This document shows positions 10,268 to 19,608 of a stretch of DNA of 64,000 bases, piece after piece (positions within the stretch are counted from its first letter, which is position 1; every line of letters begins with the position of its first letter). The notes below the pieces were generated by a model that was not told where the DNA came from, made no database searches, and worked only from the letters and a program-made list of their open reading frames with translations. The stretch is from Turneriella sp. (lineage in GTDB: Bacteria; Spirochaetota; Leptospiria; Turneriellales; Turneriellaceae): assembly GCA_965279515.1 (NCBI GenBank), contig CBDIID010000003.1, positions 352,001 to 416,000 of the forward strand, read 5' to 3'. A program made the position numbers and the translations under genes.

Positions 10268-10783
10268 ATGCAGCGACTTAAGCAAAAGTTAAAGCGGCCA
10301 AAATACAAGTTCTGGCTAGGCCTTCTTGCTTCAGGAGTTTTCCTCGTCCTCGAAGTTATTCCCAGAACGGCGGCTTTCGCTGTCAAAACGACAGCTGCTG
10401 CGAAACTTCCCCGCGAGGCAGACATCCGCGATGCGGTCGTGCGCGGTGCACAGAGCTACCTCAACCTTCCTTATATCTTCGGCGGCGCATCACCCAGCGG
10501 TTTTGACTGCAGCGGCCTTGTGCTCTATCTCTACAACCAGCAGGGTTTCACCATGCCGCATGGCGTGATCCATATGCGCCCGACCCTGAAACTTACGAAG
10601 AACCCACAAAAAGGTGATGTCATCTTTTTCCTGAACGACAACGGCATTGCCGGCCACGTGGGGATCTACATCGACGAAGAGCGTTTTATCCATGCGCCGA
10701 AAGAAGGCGCAGTGATTCGTTATGAAAAGTTAAAGCACCCGTACTGGAAAAAACGTTTTGTCGAGGTCCGCTCGGTGCTTTAG
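10268..10783 (+). CDS. NlpC/P60 cell-wall peptidase
   Basis: PYIFGGASPSGFDCSGLV, GDVIFF, HVGIY and FIHA catalytic motifs. Confidence 0.93.
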   Translation: MQRLKQKLKRPKYKFWLGLLASGVFLVLEVIPRTAAFAVKTTAAAKLPREADIRDAVVRGAQSYLNLPYIFGGASPSGFDCSGLVLYLYNQQGFTMPHGVIHMRPTLKLTKNPQKGDVIFFLNDNGIAGHVGIYIDEERFIHAPKEGAVIRYEKLKHPYWKKRFVEVRSVL

Positions 10784-10825
10784 ATAGACACGACGCGCCA
10801 CGGGCAGTCCCTCTGGCTGCACTAA

Positions 10826-10882
10826 TGATAACCCGTTCTCACTTTAATGACAGCCATGTCATTTTTTGGCACGGTGTACGTC
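10826..10882 (+). promoter_or_regulatory. Conserved operator/promoter block upstream of PLC-like paralog 1
   Basis: TGATAAC-CC-GTTCTCA, 6 nt, TGACA-GCCA-TGTCA, then TTTTTTGGCAC-N7-GT; the same arrangement recurs at 12179. Confidence 0.6.
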
Positions 10883-10953
10883 TGTTTCGCCATTATTATG
10901 TCAGATGAGGCTTAGCGCCTCTCAAATTAGAAATACGTGAAAGGAAGTAAATA

Positions 10954-11994
10954 ATGAAAAAGCTCACAGCTATTGCTTTGATGCTCCTGACCGCCTCTTC
11001 GGCATTTGCCTGGAAAGGTGCGACACACAGCCGTCTTTCGCAAGATGCGATCGACCTATTGAACAGCATGACGAGCAACCCGCAAGCGCAGGCGGCGGTG
11101 CAAAAACTGATCGTCAAATACGGTTCGCTGGCAGCGGCTAAGACCGCATACGGCAACCAGGCAAAAGATGAGGATATCCCCCAGCCAAACACACCGCTCG
11201 GAAACGACCAATGGTACGATGCATGGTGGTCCTATTCGCGCAACGGTTCACCGTCGCTCTTCGGCCTCGTCGACGTCTCTTACTTTGTGGCGCTGACCCA
11301 CTTTGTGAACGCTTTTAATACATCGCCCAATGCTGATGTTCACGGGCAGAAGCCGATGGGCTACCAGTATTATCGCAGCCGCCCGATGTATAACCTCGTC
11401 GGCGACAGCACGACAGGCGACTACGACTGGGTGACAGAGGCTTATAACTATAACCTGAATCCTGAGAGCAGCACTATCACGCGGATGAAAAACCTCTGCG
11501 GCGGATCGTGCGTATTCAACAGCGGTGCCTACAATGACGATTACCAGGATGTCAACCAGCCATCAGGCGCAAGCGCCTGCGCTGCACTCATCAACGGTCC
11601 GTCGGGTTATATCGCCAGCGGTAACATGACGCTGATTGCGCGTTGTTACCACTACATCGAAGACGGTTCGCAGCCGCACCACGCGGGTGCCTACTACGGT
11701 AAGGATCACACTGACTTCGAGGGTTTTGTAGACGATAACTACTACAATTCAGCGTACCAGATTAGCCAGACTCCGGCGAAACTCGCAGAAGCACAGGCTC
11801 TCTTTCCGCTTTTTGCCGGTATGTCAGCGGAAAATATCGTGAAGAATATGGCGCAATTCTCGACAACGAATTGTTATGCGGTTTATACGAACGACTACAC
11901 AAGCAATGAAATCGCTTGCGCAGAACTTCTGATGCCCCGCATCCGCGCTGCAGTAGCGGCAATGACGGCAAACTCAATCCAGAGCCGTCCCTGA
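10954..11994 (+). CDS. Secreted Zn-dependent phospholipase C / S1-P1 nuclease superfamily protein (paralog 1)
   Basis: Signal peptide cleaved at AFA|W gives a mature N-terminal W..H (WKGATH); HYIEDGSQPHHA and HTDFE match the Zn-ligand pattern of this superfamily. Confidence 0.75.
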   Translation: MKKLTAIALMLLTASSAFAWKGATHSRLSQDAIDLLNSMTSNPQAQAAVQKLIVKYGSLAAAKTAYGNQAKDEDIPQPNTPLGNDQWYDAWWSYSRNGSPSLFGLVDVSYFVALTHFVNAFNTSPNADVHGQKPMGYQYYRSRPMYNLVGDSTTGDYDWVTEAYNYNLNPESSTITRMKNLCGGSCVFNSGAYNDDYQDVNQPSGASACAALINGPSGYIASGNMTLIARCYHYIEDGSQPHHAGAYYGKDHTDFEGFVDDNYYNSAYQISQTPAKLAEAQALFPLFAGMSAENIVKNMAQFSTTNCYAVYTNDYTSNEIACAELLMPRIRAAVAAMTANSIQSRP

Positions 11995-12039
11995 AGATAT
12001 TTATTAACTGTGGGGTTATCCCATAGTTAATAAACCAAG

Positions 12040-12069
12040 ACCGCCGGAGTAAACCCCGGCGGTTTTTTT
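12040..12069 (+). terminator. Intrinsic terminator
   Basis: ACCGCCGG-agtaaacc-CCGGCGGT followed by a T run; preceded by a second AT-rich hairpin at ~12000-12034. Confidence 0.8.
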
Positions 12070-12178
12070 ATGCCCAGAGTTCCCCTTTAACGACGGGGCT
12101 TTTCACTTTTTCGGAAGTTTCCGCAGCCTGCCCAGGAAGTTCTGAAAAAGCCAGAATCAGAACTTACCCTCCCCTTAT

Positions 12179-12235
12179 TGATAACGCATTCTCAGATTAA
12201 TGACATCGCTGTCACTTTTTTGGCACTCATTCTGT
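12179..12235 (+). promoter_or_regulatory. Conserved operator/promoter block upstream of PLC-like paralog 2
   Basis: TGATAAC-GC-ATTCTCA, 6 nt, TGACA-TCGC-TGTCA, then cTTTTTTGGCAC-N7-GT. Confidence 0.6.
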
Positions 12236-12324
12236 CACGGCTCGTATATTATGTCATATACGGGATATCCGTATGCATGCAGGTAACCCCTGCAAATTCT
12301 AAATACGTGAAAGGAAGTATATTT

Positions 12325-13365
12325 ATGAAAAAGCTCACAGCAATCGCTTTGATGCTCTTAACCGCTTCTTCGGCATTCGCCTGGAAGGGTGCAACCCACA
12401 GCCGTCTATCGCAGGATGCGATCGACCTGCTCGCCAGCATGACGACGAACCCGCAGGCGCAGGCCGCGGTACAAAAACTGATCGGCAAATACGGTTCGGT
12501 TTCAGCTGCGAAAACCGCGTTCGGTACTCAGGCAAAAAACGAAGACATTCCGCAACCGAACACCCCGCTGGGCAACGACCAATGGTATGACGCCTGGTGG
12601 TCGTGGTCACGTAACGGTTCGCCCTCGCTTTTCGGGCTCGTAGACGTGAACTATTTCGTGGCGCTGACGCACTTCGTGAACGCCTTCAATACTTCGCCTA
12701 ACACCGATGTACACGGTCAAAAACCGATGGGCTATAACTACTACCGTAGCCGAGCCCTCTATAATCTCGTGGGCGACAATTTCACCGGCGATTATGACTG
12801 GGTGACAGAGGCGTATAACTATAACCTGAACCCTGAAAGCAGCACGACAACGCGTATGAAGAACCTCTGCGGTGGTTCATGCCGTTTCAATGCGGGTGCA
12901 TACGACACCGATTACCAGGACGTTAACCAGCCCTCTGGCGCCAGCGCCTGCGCCGCCCTCATCAACGGGCCGCAGGGTTATCTCGCTTCGGGCAACGTCA
13001 CGCTGATCGCCCGTTGCTACCACTACATCGAAGACGGCGCACAACCGCACCACGCGGGTGCTTATTACGGTAAAGACCACACCGACTTCGAAGGTTTCGT
13101 GGAAGACAACTACTACAACCCCGCATACCAAATCAGCCAGACTCCGGCGAAACTTGCTGAAGCTAAAGCGCTCTATCCGCTTTTTGTAGGCATGTCAGCA
13201 GAGAACATCGTGAAGAGCATGGCGCAGTGGTCTACGACTAACTGCTATGCGGTTTACACAAACGACTACACCAGCAACGAGCTCGCCTGCGCAGAAAAAC
13301 TTCTGCCGCGCATTCGTGCGGCTGTCGCTGCGATGACGGCGAATTCGATTCAGACTCGTCCGTAA
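12325..13365 (+). CDS. Secreted Zn-dependent phospholipase C / S1-P1 nuclease superfamily protein (paralog 2)
   Basis: 346 aa, same length as paralog 1, about 36 substitutions by manual count; same AAATACGTGAAAGGAAGTA RBS region; start corrected to 12325. Confidence 0.75.
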   Translation: MKKLTAIALMLLTASSAFAWKGATHSRLSQDAIDLLASMTTNPQAQAAVQKLIGKYGSVSAAKTAFGTQAKNEDIPQPNTPLGNDQWYDAWWSWSRNGSPSLFGLVDVNYFVALTHFVNAFNTSPNTDVHGQKPMGYNYYRSRALYNLVGDNFTGDYDWVTEAYNYNLNPESSTTTRMKNLCGGSCRFNAGAYDTDYQDVNQPSGASACAALINGPQGYLASGNVTLIARCYHYIEDGAQPHHAGAYYGKDHTDFEGFVEDNYYNPAYQISQTPAKLAEAKALYPLFVGMSAENIVKSMAQWSTTNCYAVYTNDYTSNELACAEKLLPRIRAAVAAMTANSIQTRP

Positions 13366-13430
13366 ATCGTAGACAGACCAGACGATTTGGGGCCATGGGA
13401 TATCCTATGGCCCGCTTATTTTATAACCCT

Positions 13431-14732
13431 ATGAAAACATTACTCAGAACCAAAATCTTAATCTTCACTGCGCTGGCACTGTGCTGCAGCGGCAAGGTCA
13501 CGCACGACCTCACGGAACCGGGGATTATCGCGCAGAGCGGCGAATTCCGCGTACCGACAAAGGTATTCCAGGACTTCTTTCTCGCGATGAAAAGATCGGG
13601 ATTACCCGAGCGCAAAGACCCCCGCTCGGCGCTTTTTCTCATGATCGCCGATCATTATCTTGGCGCGGAATACAAAGCAAGTAAGGGAGATAAAATGGAT
13701 CCCGCGATTACGGCGGAGATCGAGAAAGTCTATAACGAAACCCTGGTTTTTTACATCCGCGACAAAAATCCCGAGGCGCTATACAAGGCTTACGTCGGAA
13801 ACTTTACGCTTCCAGACGTGAAGACGCAGAAAAGCCTTTTCAATGAAAAAGCCGAGGCTGCGTATACAAATGTGCCACTGATACGCGAGGCGGCGGAAAA
13901 GATTGTGGTCGCTGCCTACGGCCCCAAGGGCGAAAAAAAGCTCAGCTATGCAGCGCTTTTCGACGGCGCGCCCCAAGCGGGCAAGCTGCATCTTTTCACA
14001 GCGCCAAACGCTGAATCCCTCAAGGAAATGATCCATACGCACTTGCGTAAAGAGTTTGTGCGTGATTTCATCGCCGCAGCGTCGGAAGCCGAAAAGGCAG
14101 AGTATGCGGCGCTCAAGACGATCGTCAGCAACAGTATCTTATCGCGTAACTTTCGCTACGAGATGGGCATGGAGAACGCTAATCCGCACGTCGAGAACAG
14201 CGCCATCAAAGAAAAGGCTAAAGGCATCTCTTTGAGTCGCATCAAGGACTATTACGAAGTAAACAAAGACAAATATAAAGAAGTTCAGACCGTCGATTGC
14301 CGCCATATTCGCCTGAAAAACTACGAACAGGCAGTCAATATGCGGGATAAGATCGAGCACGGCGCCAACATGATCGACTATGTGAAGAAGTATTCGCTCG
14401 CCGAGGACAAAAACGCCGCCGAGCCGGGCCTCATTAAAGATATCAAAAACGACGTAAACCTGCACAAACGGCCGCGTCTCGAAACCCTGTGTATGATGCC
14501 GAAACAGGGTCAGGTCGAACTCGTGCGCGATGGCGAGGTCTATGAGATTGTAAAAGCCGAAAAGCGCATCGACGGTTATCCCCCACTCGACGACACTACC
14601 CACCTCCGGGAAGATCTGTCCCGTGAGATTGCGGCTATGGATTTGAAAAAAGAATTCGACGCCAAAAAGAAATCGATCCTTAAAAGGGTTGATATCAGGA
14701 TAAATAATACCGAATTGGGCAAAATAAAATGA
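13431..14732 (+). CDS. Lipoprotein with parvulin/PpiC-type PPIase domain
   Basis: Lipobox-like ALALCC; IKDYYEVNKDKY..VDCRHIRL and VKKYSLAE rotamase-like motifs. Confidence 0.7.
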   Translation: MKTLLRTKILIFTALALCCSGKVTHDLTEPGIIAQSGEFRVPTKVFQDFFLAMKRSGLPERKDPRSALFLMIADHYLGAEYKASKGDKMDPAITAEIEKVYNETLVFYIRDKNPEALYKAYVGNFTLPDVKTQKSLFNEKAEAAYTNVPLIREAAEKIVVAAYGPKGEKKLSYAALFDGAPQAGKLHLFTAPNAESLKEMIHTHLRKEFVRDFIAAASEAEKAEYAALKTIVSNSILSRNFRYEMGMENANPHVENSAIKEKAKGISLSRIKDYYEVNKDKYKEVQTVDCRHIRLKNYEQAVNMRDKIEHGANMIDYVKKYSLAEDKNAAEPGLIKDIKNDVNLHKRPRLETLCMMPKQGQVELVRDGEVYEIVKAEKRIDGYPPLDDTTHLREDLSREIAAMDLKKEFDAKKKSILKRVDIRINNTELGKIK

Positions 14733-15322
14733 GACCAAAACACCTGATCCTGGCGGTTTCCGCGTTTCTCGCCGCGCTTTATTTCCTGACACGCGAATCT
14801 GAAAAGAAAGCGGGTATAGTCCAACGGCAAGAACGCATAACCGTCATTTCGGCGACATATAATGCTGCAGATTATCAGCCCGACCTGGACAATTACCGGC
14901 TCGAGCGCGACGAGCTGATGGCAAAGCCCAACCACAGCGAAGCGCGGCTAAAACCGGAATTCAAAGGGGCTCCCGAATATAAATATTCGAATCTGCGTGC
15001 AAAAGTACCCGGTGGTCCCGTAGATGATTTCGGGGCGCCATTTTTTGTGCCTACGGAAACCGCGATGACCGATCCGAAGATTTTCGAACAAGAGTTGGCG
15101 AAACACAAGGAACGCTCAGAGGCTTATTCTGCGGCGCGTATGGACGAACTCAAGATGAACACGACCGCAGAGAAAACACAGATGCGCGGCGTCATCGACC
15201 AGGCGAAAGCCAGTGGATCAAAAACACCCGAAGAGATTAAACGCGCCGAAGACGCTTACGCACGCATCGAAAATCTTGAAAAAGTACTTAAAGGTGAAAA
15301 GGTCGAAAAAATCCTCGACTAG
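14729..15322 (+). CDS. Hypothetical membrane-anchored protein
   Basis: N-terminal hydrophobic helix; 4-nt overlap with the upstream gene. Confidence 0.7.
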   Translation: MRPKHLILAVSAFLAALYFLTRESEKKAGIVQRQERITVISATYNAADYQPDLDNYRLERDELMAKPNHSEARLKPEFKGAPEYKYSNLRAKVPGGPVDDFGAPFFVPTETAMTDPKIFEQELAKHKERSEAYSAARMDELKMNTTAEKTQMRGVIDQAKASGSKTPEEIKRAEDAYARIENLEKVLKGEKVEKILD

Positions 15323-15876
15323 GGTTTTTTAGCCGCTTGACCCGGCGCAATAAAAAAATCATTATCGCCATTGGGGCGCACGACCTGCACCAACGGAAAC
15401 TGCAGTTCGCGCCCGGCATCGGTTAGACGCGCAAGTTCTGTCCAGATTTTACGCAGTGCGATCGCCGTCTGTGCATAAATAGTAAATTTATAAGCCGGGC
15501 TGATTTTAAGTTCATAAGGCTTTTTGCCCTGCGCCGCGAGGGCTTTTACGACATGCGCGGGCAGTTTTTTTTCCGTGATACAGCCGCCCGCAGATTTCAG
15601 GTAGGGTTTTCCCACGGTGATGGCATTCTCAAAATAGATCAGAACCGGCTCGCAGGGCAACGCATACGATTGTAACAGGCGGCGTGTCTGAACGATCTGT
15701 TCGCCGGTCTTGTTATAGTCACCGCGATGTTCACCCGCATAAATCGTCGCGGCAAAAACTTGTCCCTCGGACCGCTCTGCGCCGCTGAAGACGCCGAGAT
15801 AGACATACGAAAATATAAAGAAACCTGGCACTGTGATTGTGAATGCCGCAATGATGAGGATGAATTTCTTATTCAA
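15319..15876 (-). CDS. Membrane-anchored protein, possibly GyrI-like ligand-binding domain
   Basis: N-terminal TM helix; EHRGDYNKTG and LIYFENA..LKSAGGCI resemble GyrI-like domains. Confidence 0.55.
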   Translation of the reverse strand: MNKKFILIIAAFTITVPGFFIFSYVYLGVFSGAERSEGQVFAATIYAGEHRGDYNKTGEQIVQTRRLLQSYALPCEPVLIYFENAITVGKPYLKSAGGCITEKKLPAHVVKALAAQGKKPYELKISPAYKFTIYAQTAIALRKIWTELARLTDAGRELQFPLVQVVRPNGDNDFFIAPGQAAKKP

Positions 15877-16355
15877 GATTTTTTTCCCGTGGCGATGAGT
15901 TTCTCGATAATCTTAACCTCGGCGTCGGTGAGCGGAATCACGGAAAGCCGGAAGCTGGTAAAGAGCAGTGATTTTCCCAGGCCCGCAGCTTTCAGGACTT
16001 CGCGGTCGAGTTCGAACGGGTATTTTTTGACGAATTTGAAACGCGGCGAAAACCACTGCGGTTTTTCACGTTTGCTTTTGGCGTCAAAATAAGGCGACTT
16101 TTTATCGAATGCGCTTTCATCGGGTTCCGCTTTGGCGATAACCTTCATCTCGCCGACGATCGCCGGCACCGGGCAGCTCGAATGGTAAAAGTAGCCCCGG
16201 TCACCGATTTCCATCGCGACCAGATTGTTGCGCGCAGTAAAATTGCGCACGCCGTCCCAGAGCGTTGTCTTATCTTTCAGCGCCATGAGATGGTCGATGC
16301 CGAACGTATCCGGCTCTGATTTCAGAATCCACGAACGTGGCGGGCGCGCTGCCAT
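15873..16355 (-). CDS. EVE domain protein
   Basis: WILKSEPDTFGIDHL, WDGVRNFTARN, FYHSSC and YFDAKS motifs. Confidence 0.92.
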   Translation of the reverse strand: MAARPPRSWILKSEPDTFGIDHLMALKDKTTLWDGVRNFTARNNLVAMEIGDRGYFYHSSCPVPAIVGEMKVIAKAEPDESAFDKKSPYFDAKSKREKPQWFSPRFKFVKKYPFELDREVLKAAGLGKSLLFTSFRLSVIPLTDAEVKIIEKLIATGKKS

Positions 16356-16651
16356 CAGGACGGACTTCCTAAATCCCAGACATACTCAAACTCTTCTTTA
16401 GCGGCTTCATCGAGACGTTCGGGCTGGAAAAGGGTTTTGACTTTCGGATTGGGATAGAGCTTTACTTCATTGGCTTCGGGAATATGCGTAATCATGCGCA
16501 CGATGGTGTTTTCGCCTTCAATCTCGTAGAGCATAAAGGCGGTGCCTTTGCCCGGCACAGGCATCGCGGATTTCAGATAGCGCATGACGCCGATTGCGGG
16601 GCTTTCGACAAAGCGAAAATCACTAAACCGCGGGGCGGGCCGGCTAATCAC
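16355..16651 (-). CDS. Hypothetical protein
   Basis: Fills the gap between flanking genes with overlaps at both ends; true start may be the internal MRYLKS. Confidence 0.6.
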   Translation of the reverse strand: MISRPAPRFSDFRFVESPAIGVMRYLKSAMPVPGKGTAFMLYEIEGENTIVRMITHIPEANEVKLYPNPKVKTLFQPERLDEAAKEEFEYVWDLGSPS

Positions 16652-17921
16652 CGGCCACGGTTAAACGCTCAAAAAACACGCCTTTAGGCCCAAAATACGA
16701 GGCCCGCTGCACCGTTTCCTGCGATTTGAATGCGGTGGCGAAGGCTGTCTGCGTCGATCCTGAAACCGAGCCGCCCTTGATCGGAATCTTTTTACCATTC
16801 TTGTGCAGGTAACCCAGGCGGATTTCCCCCGAGAAGGCACCCGAAATCGTATTCGGCTGGAACGTTGAAAACTTGCTGAGTTCGAGCACTCCTTCACCCA
16901 GGAAATCCGCATAGCGAGTGGCACCGCAGGCAACTTCAATATTCATGAGCGCGCTCGTGCGCGGAGTTTTTAAGAGATCGGCGTAACGCCCGTCGATCAG
17001 AAAGTTCGTGACCGTTGAATTTTCGATGAGTTTCACTGTCTCTGCGGCAAAACCGAGATCGTCGAAAACAAACGAGCGCATGCCACCGGGAATTTCCGCG
17101 TTAGAGGAAATAGCCAGGGGTTCTTTCGCGTCGCGGACAACCATGTCGCCCCTTTGGAAAATCGAATAGCGGTTAAAGAGAGCATGCCCGTCGAGCTGCG
17201 CGACAAAAAAATCAAACAGGCTATCCAGCGCGTCGCCGGCAAGCACGACCGGAAACTCGCCGGTCGGCGGCAACACCGCAGCCTCAAGATCACTGAGTAT
17301 CGCTGCGTCTTCTTCGAGTTGCTCTTCGAGTGTCAGGTCGGCAAGCAGGCGGCGTTTTTTGATACCCATGATCTCGTGCCGGTTATCGGGGCTGGTGAGT
17401 ACGTAGTCGCAGACGACCCGGGTTGACGCCGCTTCGACTTCGAGGCCACGATGATTGCGGATCAGGTAATCGTATTCTTCAAAAAAAAGCTCCATGCTGT
17501 TTAAAGGAAACCGCGCCAGGTTTTTGAGCCGGAAATTTCTTATCCGGTCGGCGTAGGCGATGAGCGCATCGAGGTCAGCGTCACCAATCGCCGGGTCAAG
17601 AATCGCAGCCGTCCTTTTCGGCGTGTATGCAGCTGAAAAATTAAATGCGGGATTGCGCACCAGCCGTGCGCGTGCAGCGGTCTGGCTGACGAGATCCGTA
17701 AGCGATGCCGGTTTGCCCTGAAAACGCGTGGTGCTCTCACCCATCAACGCATCGTCGACCGGCGTCTGTATGCGCAGCGCGTAATTTTGCACCGAGTTAC
17801 AGCGGACAGTCTCGATTTCGTCCTTAACGAGGTAGACTTCGGTCGATCTTTTTTGCAGGTTGCTGACCTGCCAACCGCGCAGGCCGATTGCTTTTTTAAG
17901 AACAGAGATAAGACTTTTCAA
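16644..17921 (-). CDS. TldD/PmbA family protein (PmbA/TldE-like, no HExxxH)
   Basis: PTGEFPVVL, FVFDDLGF, LIENSTVTNFL, NTISGAFSG and PIKGGSVSG motifs; non-ATG start. Confidence 0.8.
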   Translation of the reverse strand: MKSLISVLKKAIGLRGWQVSNLQKRSTEVYLVKDEIETVRCNSVQNYALRIQTPVDDALMGESTTRFQGKPASLTDLVSQTAARARLVRNPAFNFSAAYTPKRTAAILDPAIGDADLDALIAYADRIRNFRLKNLARFPLNSMELFFEEYDYLIRNHRGLEVEAASTRVVCDYVLTSPDNRHEIMGIKKRRLLADLTLEEQLEEDAAILSDLEAAVLPPTGEFPVVLAGDALDSLFDFFVAQLDGHALFNRYSIFQRGDMVVRDAKEPLAISSNAEIPGGMRSFVFDDLGFAAETVKLIENSTVTNFLIDGRYADLLKTPRTSALMNIEVACGATRYADFLGEGVLELSKFSTFQPNTISGAFSGEIRLGYLHKNGKKIPIKGGSVSGSTQTAFATAFKSQETVQRASYFGPKGVFFERLTVAGD

Positions 17922-17927
17922 TTTTTT

Positions 17928-18272
17928 TCAGGGACAAAAGGCGGTATCGGATACTTTGTACTTTGAATTATTCGAGCATGTCAGCGTATAGCCACTGGAC
18001 TCGCATTTTTTATCTTCATAAGCAATGATAGTATCGTCGTAAATTGTCAGCGAAGTGGATGTGCAGTCTACACTCAGGTTCTTGCAGGCGTCTTTACTGC
18101 TTTCATCCGTGCAGTAAGTGGCTATGCGTTGGCTCGCGTTGCCGCCACCGCAGGTCGGCGTTTTAACGGTAATGGTCGTCGAATGGATGCAGACCGTCGG
18201 CTTGCTATCGTCTTTTTTCATATTATTGCAGCCGGCAATGAGGAGTAAGGCCAGGCAGAAGGCGATGCGCAT
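17928..18272 (-). CDS. Small Cys-rich lipoprotein
   Basis: Lipobox LIAGC; 8 further Cys in the mature part. Confidence 0.7.
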   Translation of the reverse strand: MRIAFCLALLLIAGCNNMKKDDSKPTVCIHSTTITVKTPTCGGGNASQRIATYCTDESSKDACKNLSVDCTSTSLTIYDDTIIAYEDKKCESSGYTLTCSNNSKYKVSDTAFCP

Positions 18273-18630
18273 ACCGGCACAGGTCGGCTTTTCGGAGCGG
18301 CGTCAACCCTTCCCCGCTGGGAAATAAGAAATTTCTGTTTTTTTCTTCGATACCATAAAGAGACAGCTTAGGCTACGTCCAAGGCTTCCAGGGCGCTCTC
18401 AGTTCAAATAACTTAAGATAACGAGGGTTCAGAGCAACCGTACATATGCCGTATGAAACGATTAAGGTAGGTTATGCCTTTGGGGCGAACTTACCGTTTG
18501 AAAGAGTAACTCCCCCTCCGGGGATTAATCCCGAAGTCGCCGCCTGGATACACGTCGTGTGTAGCGGCGACTGTGAGCCTCGTGCTCATTATCAGCGGCC
18601 CCGGTGCCGCCGTAATCGGGGGCTGCTGAT

Positions 18631-18648
18631 GCAACCAGGGATGGTTGT
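18631..18648 (+). promoter_or_regulatory. CsrA-type binding hairpin in flaB leader
   Basis: GCAACCA-GGGA-TGGTTGT presents GGA in the loop; a second GGA overlaps the SD (CAAGGAGG). Confidence 0.6.
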
Positions 18649-18721
18649 GGCACAGCTCAACTGGGTCCAGGGCCTTTTGCCTTTGGCAAAAGGCATTGGA
18701 AATTTTCCAAGGAGGGAGAAG

Positions 18722-19585
18722 ATGCAGATCAATCACAATCTGCCCGCGATGCAGGTGAACCGTCAATTGCACAAGGCTTTCAGCCGCTACGAGAAATCGA
18801 TAGAGAAGCTGAGCACTGGCGAACGGATCAACAAAGCGGGCGACGACGCGACCAATTTGGCCGTGTCAGAGAAGATGCGCACACAGATTCGGGGCTTGAA
18901 ACAGGCCGAGCACAATGCGATGAACGGAATGTCGTTCATCCAGACTGCCGAAGGCAACATGGGTCAGGTCAACGACATTCTGCAGCGTATCAGGGAACTT
19001 TCGGTGCAGTCAGCCAACGGGATTTATTCCGACGGTGACAGGCAGCAGATTCAGGTGGAGGTATCGCAGCTGATCGACGAAGTCGACCGCATCGGTACAT
19101 CCGCAGAATTTAACCGGATGAAACTTCTGACCGGCAGGTATGCACGCGGGTCAAAGCTGGGGTCGATTTTCTTTCACGTGGGGCCCAATAAAGACCAGCG
19201 CATCCAGGCGTTCATTAAAACAATGAATGGACGGGCGTTTGGTTTTTACCAGGGCAACGGCGCGAAAGCGGCCAAAAAACCGTTAGCGACGGTTTACCAG
19301 GCGAATGAGATGATCGGGACCGTGGATAACGCTCTCGATAAGCTCGTGCGTCAGCGGGCGGATCTCGGCGCGTATCACAACCGTATTGAAACCACGGTTG
19401 AAGCGCTCCGAACCGGCTATGAGAACATGGTGGCGGCAGAATCACGGATTCGCGACACTGACATGGCCGAGGAACTGCTGGAGTTCACGAAAAATCAGGT
19501 TCAGTTACAGAGTGGTACGGCGATGTTGGCTCACACCAACTTTTCCTCTCAGCTTGTAGTGTCTCTTATCGAGCACAGCAAGTAG
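18722..19585 (+). CDS. flaB: Flagellin, endoflagellar core protein
   Basis: MQINHNLPAM, IEKLSTGERINKAGDDA, SEKMRTQIRGL and AESRIRDTDMAEE motifs; SD GGAGGGAG; start corrected to 18722. Confidence 0.95.
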   Translation: MQINHNLPAMQVNRQLHKAFSRYEKSIEKLSTGERINKAGDDATNLAVSEKMRTQIRGLKQAEHNAMNGMSFIQTAEGNMGQVNDILQRIRELSVQSANGIYSDGDRQQIQVEVSQLIDEVDRIGTSAEFNRMKLLTGRYARGSKLGSIFFHVGPNKDQRIQAFIKTMNGRAFGFYQGNGAKAAKKPLATVYQANEMIGTVDNALDKLVRQRADLGAYHNRIETTVEALRTGYENMVAAESRIRDTDMAEELLEFTKNQVQLQSGTAMLAHTNFSSQLVVSLIEHSK

Positions 19586-19608
19586 TTACAGACCGGATTT
19601 TCACTTCG

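Noticed and set aside
10954..13365. Tandem near-identical genes as a diversity-generating retroelement (template/variable repeat)
   Set aside because: Both copies are full genes, differences are spread throughout and mostly synonymous rather than adenine-specific, and there is no reverse transcriptase in the window.
18446..18721. 92-aa N-terminal extension of FlaB
   Set aside because: Flagellin homology and a strong SD begin at 18722; the upstream region is better explained as structured RNA.
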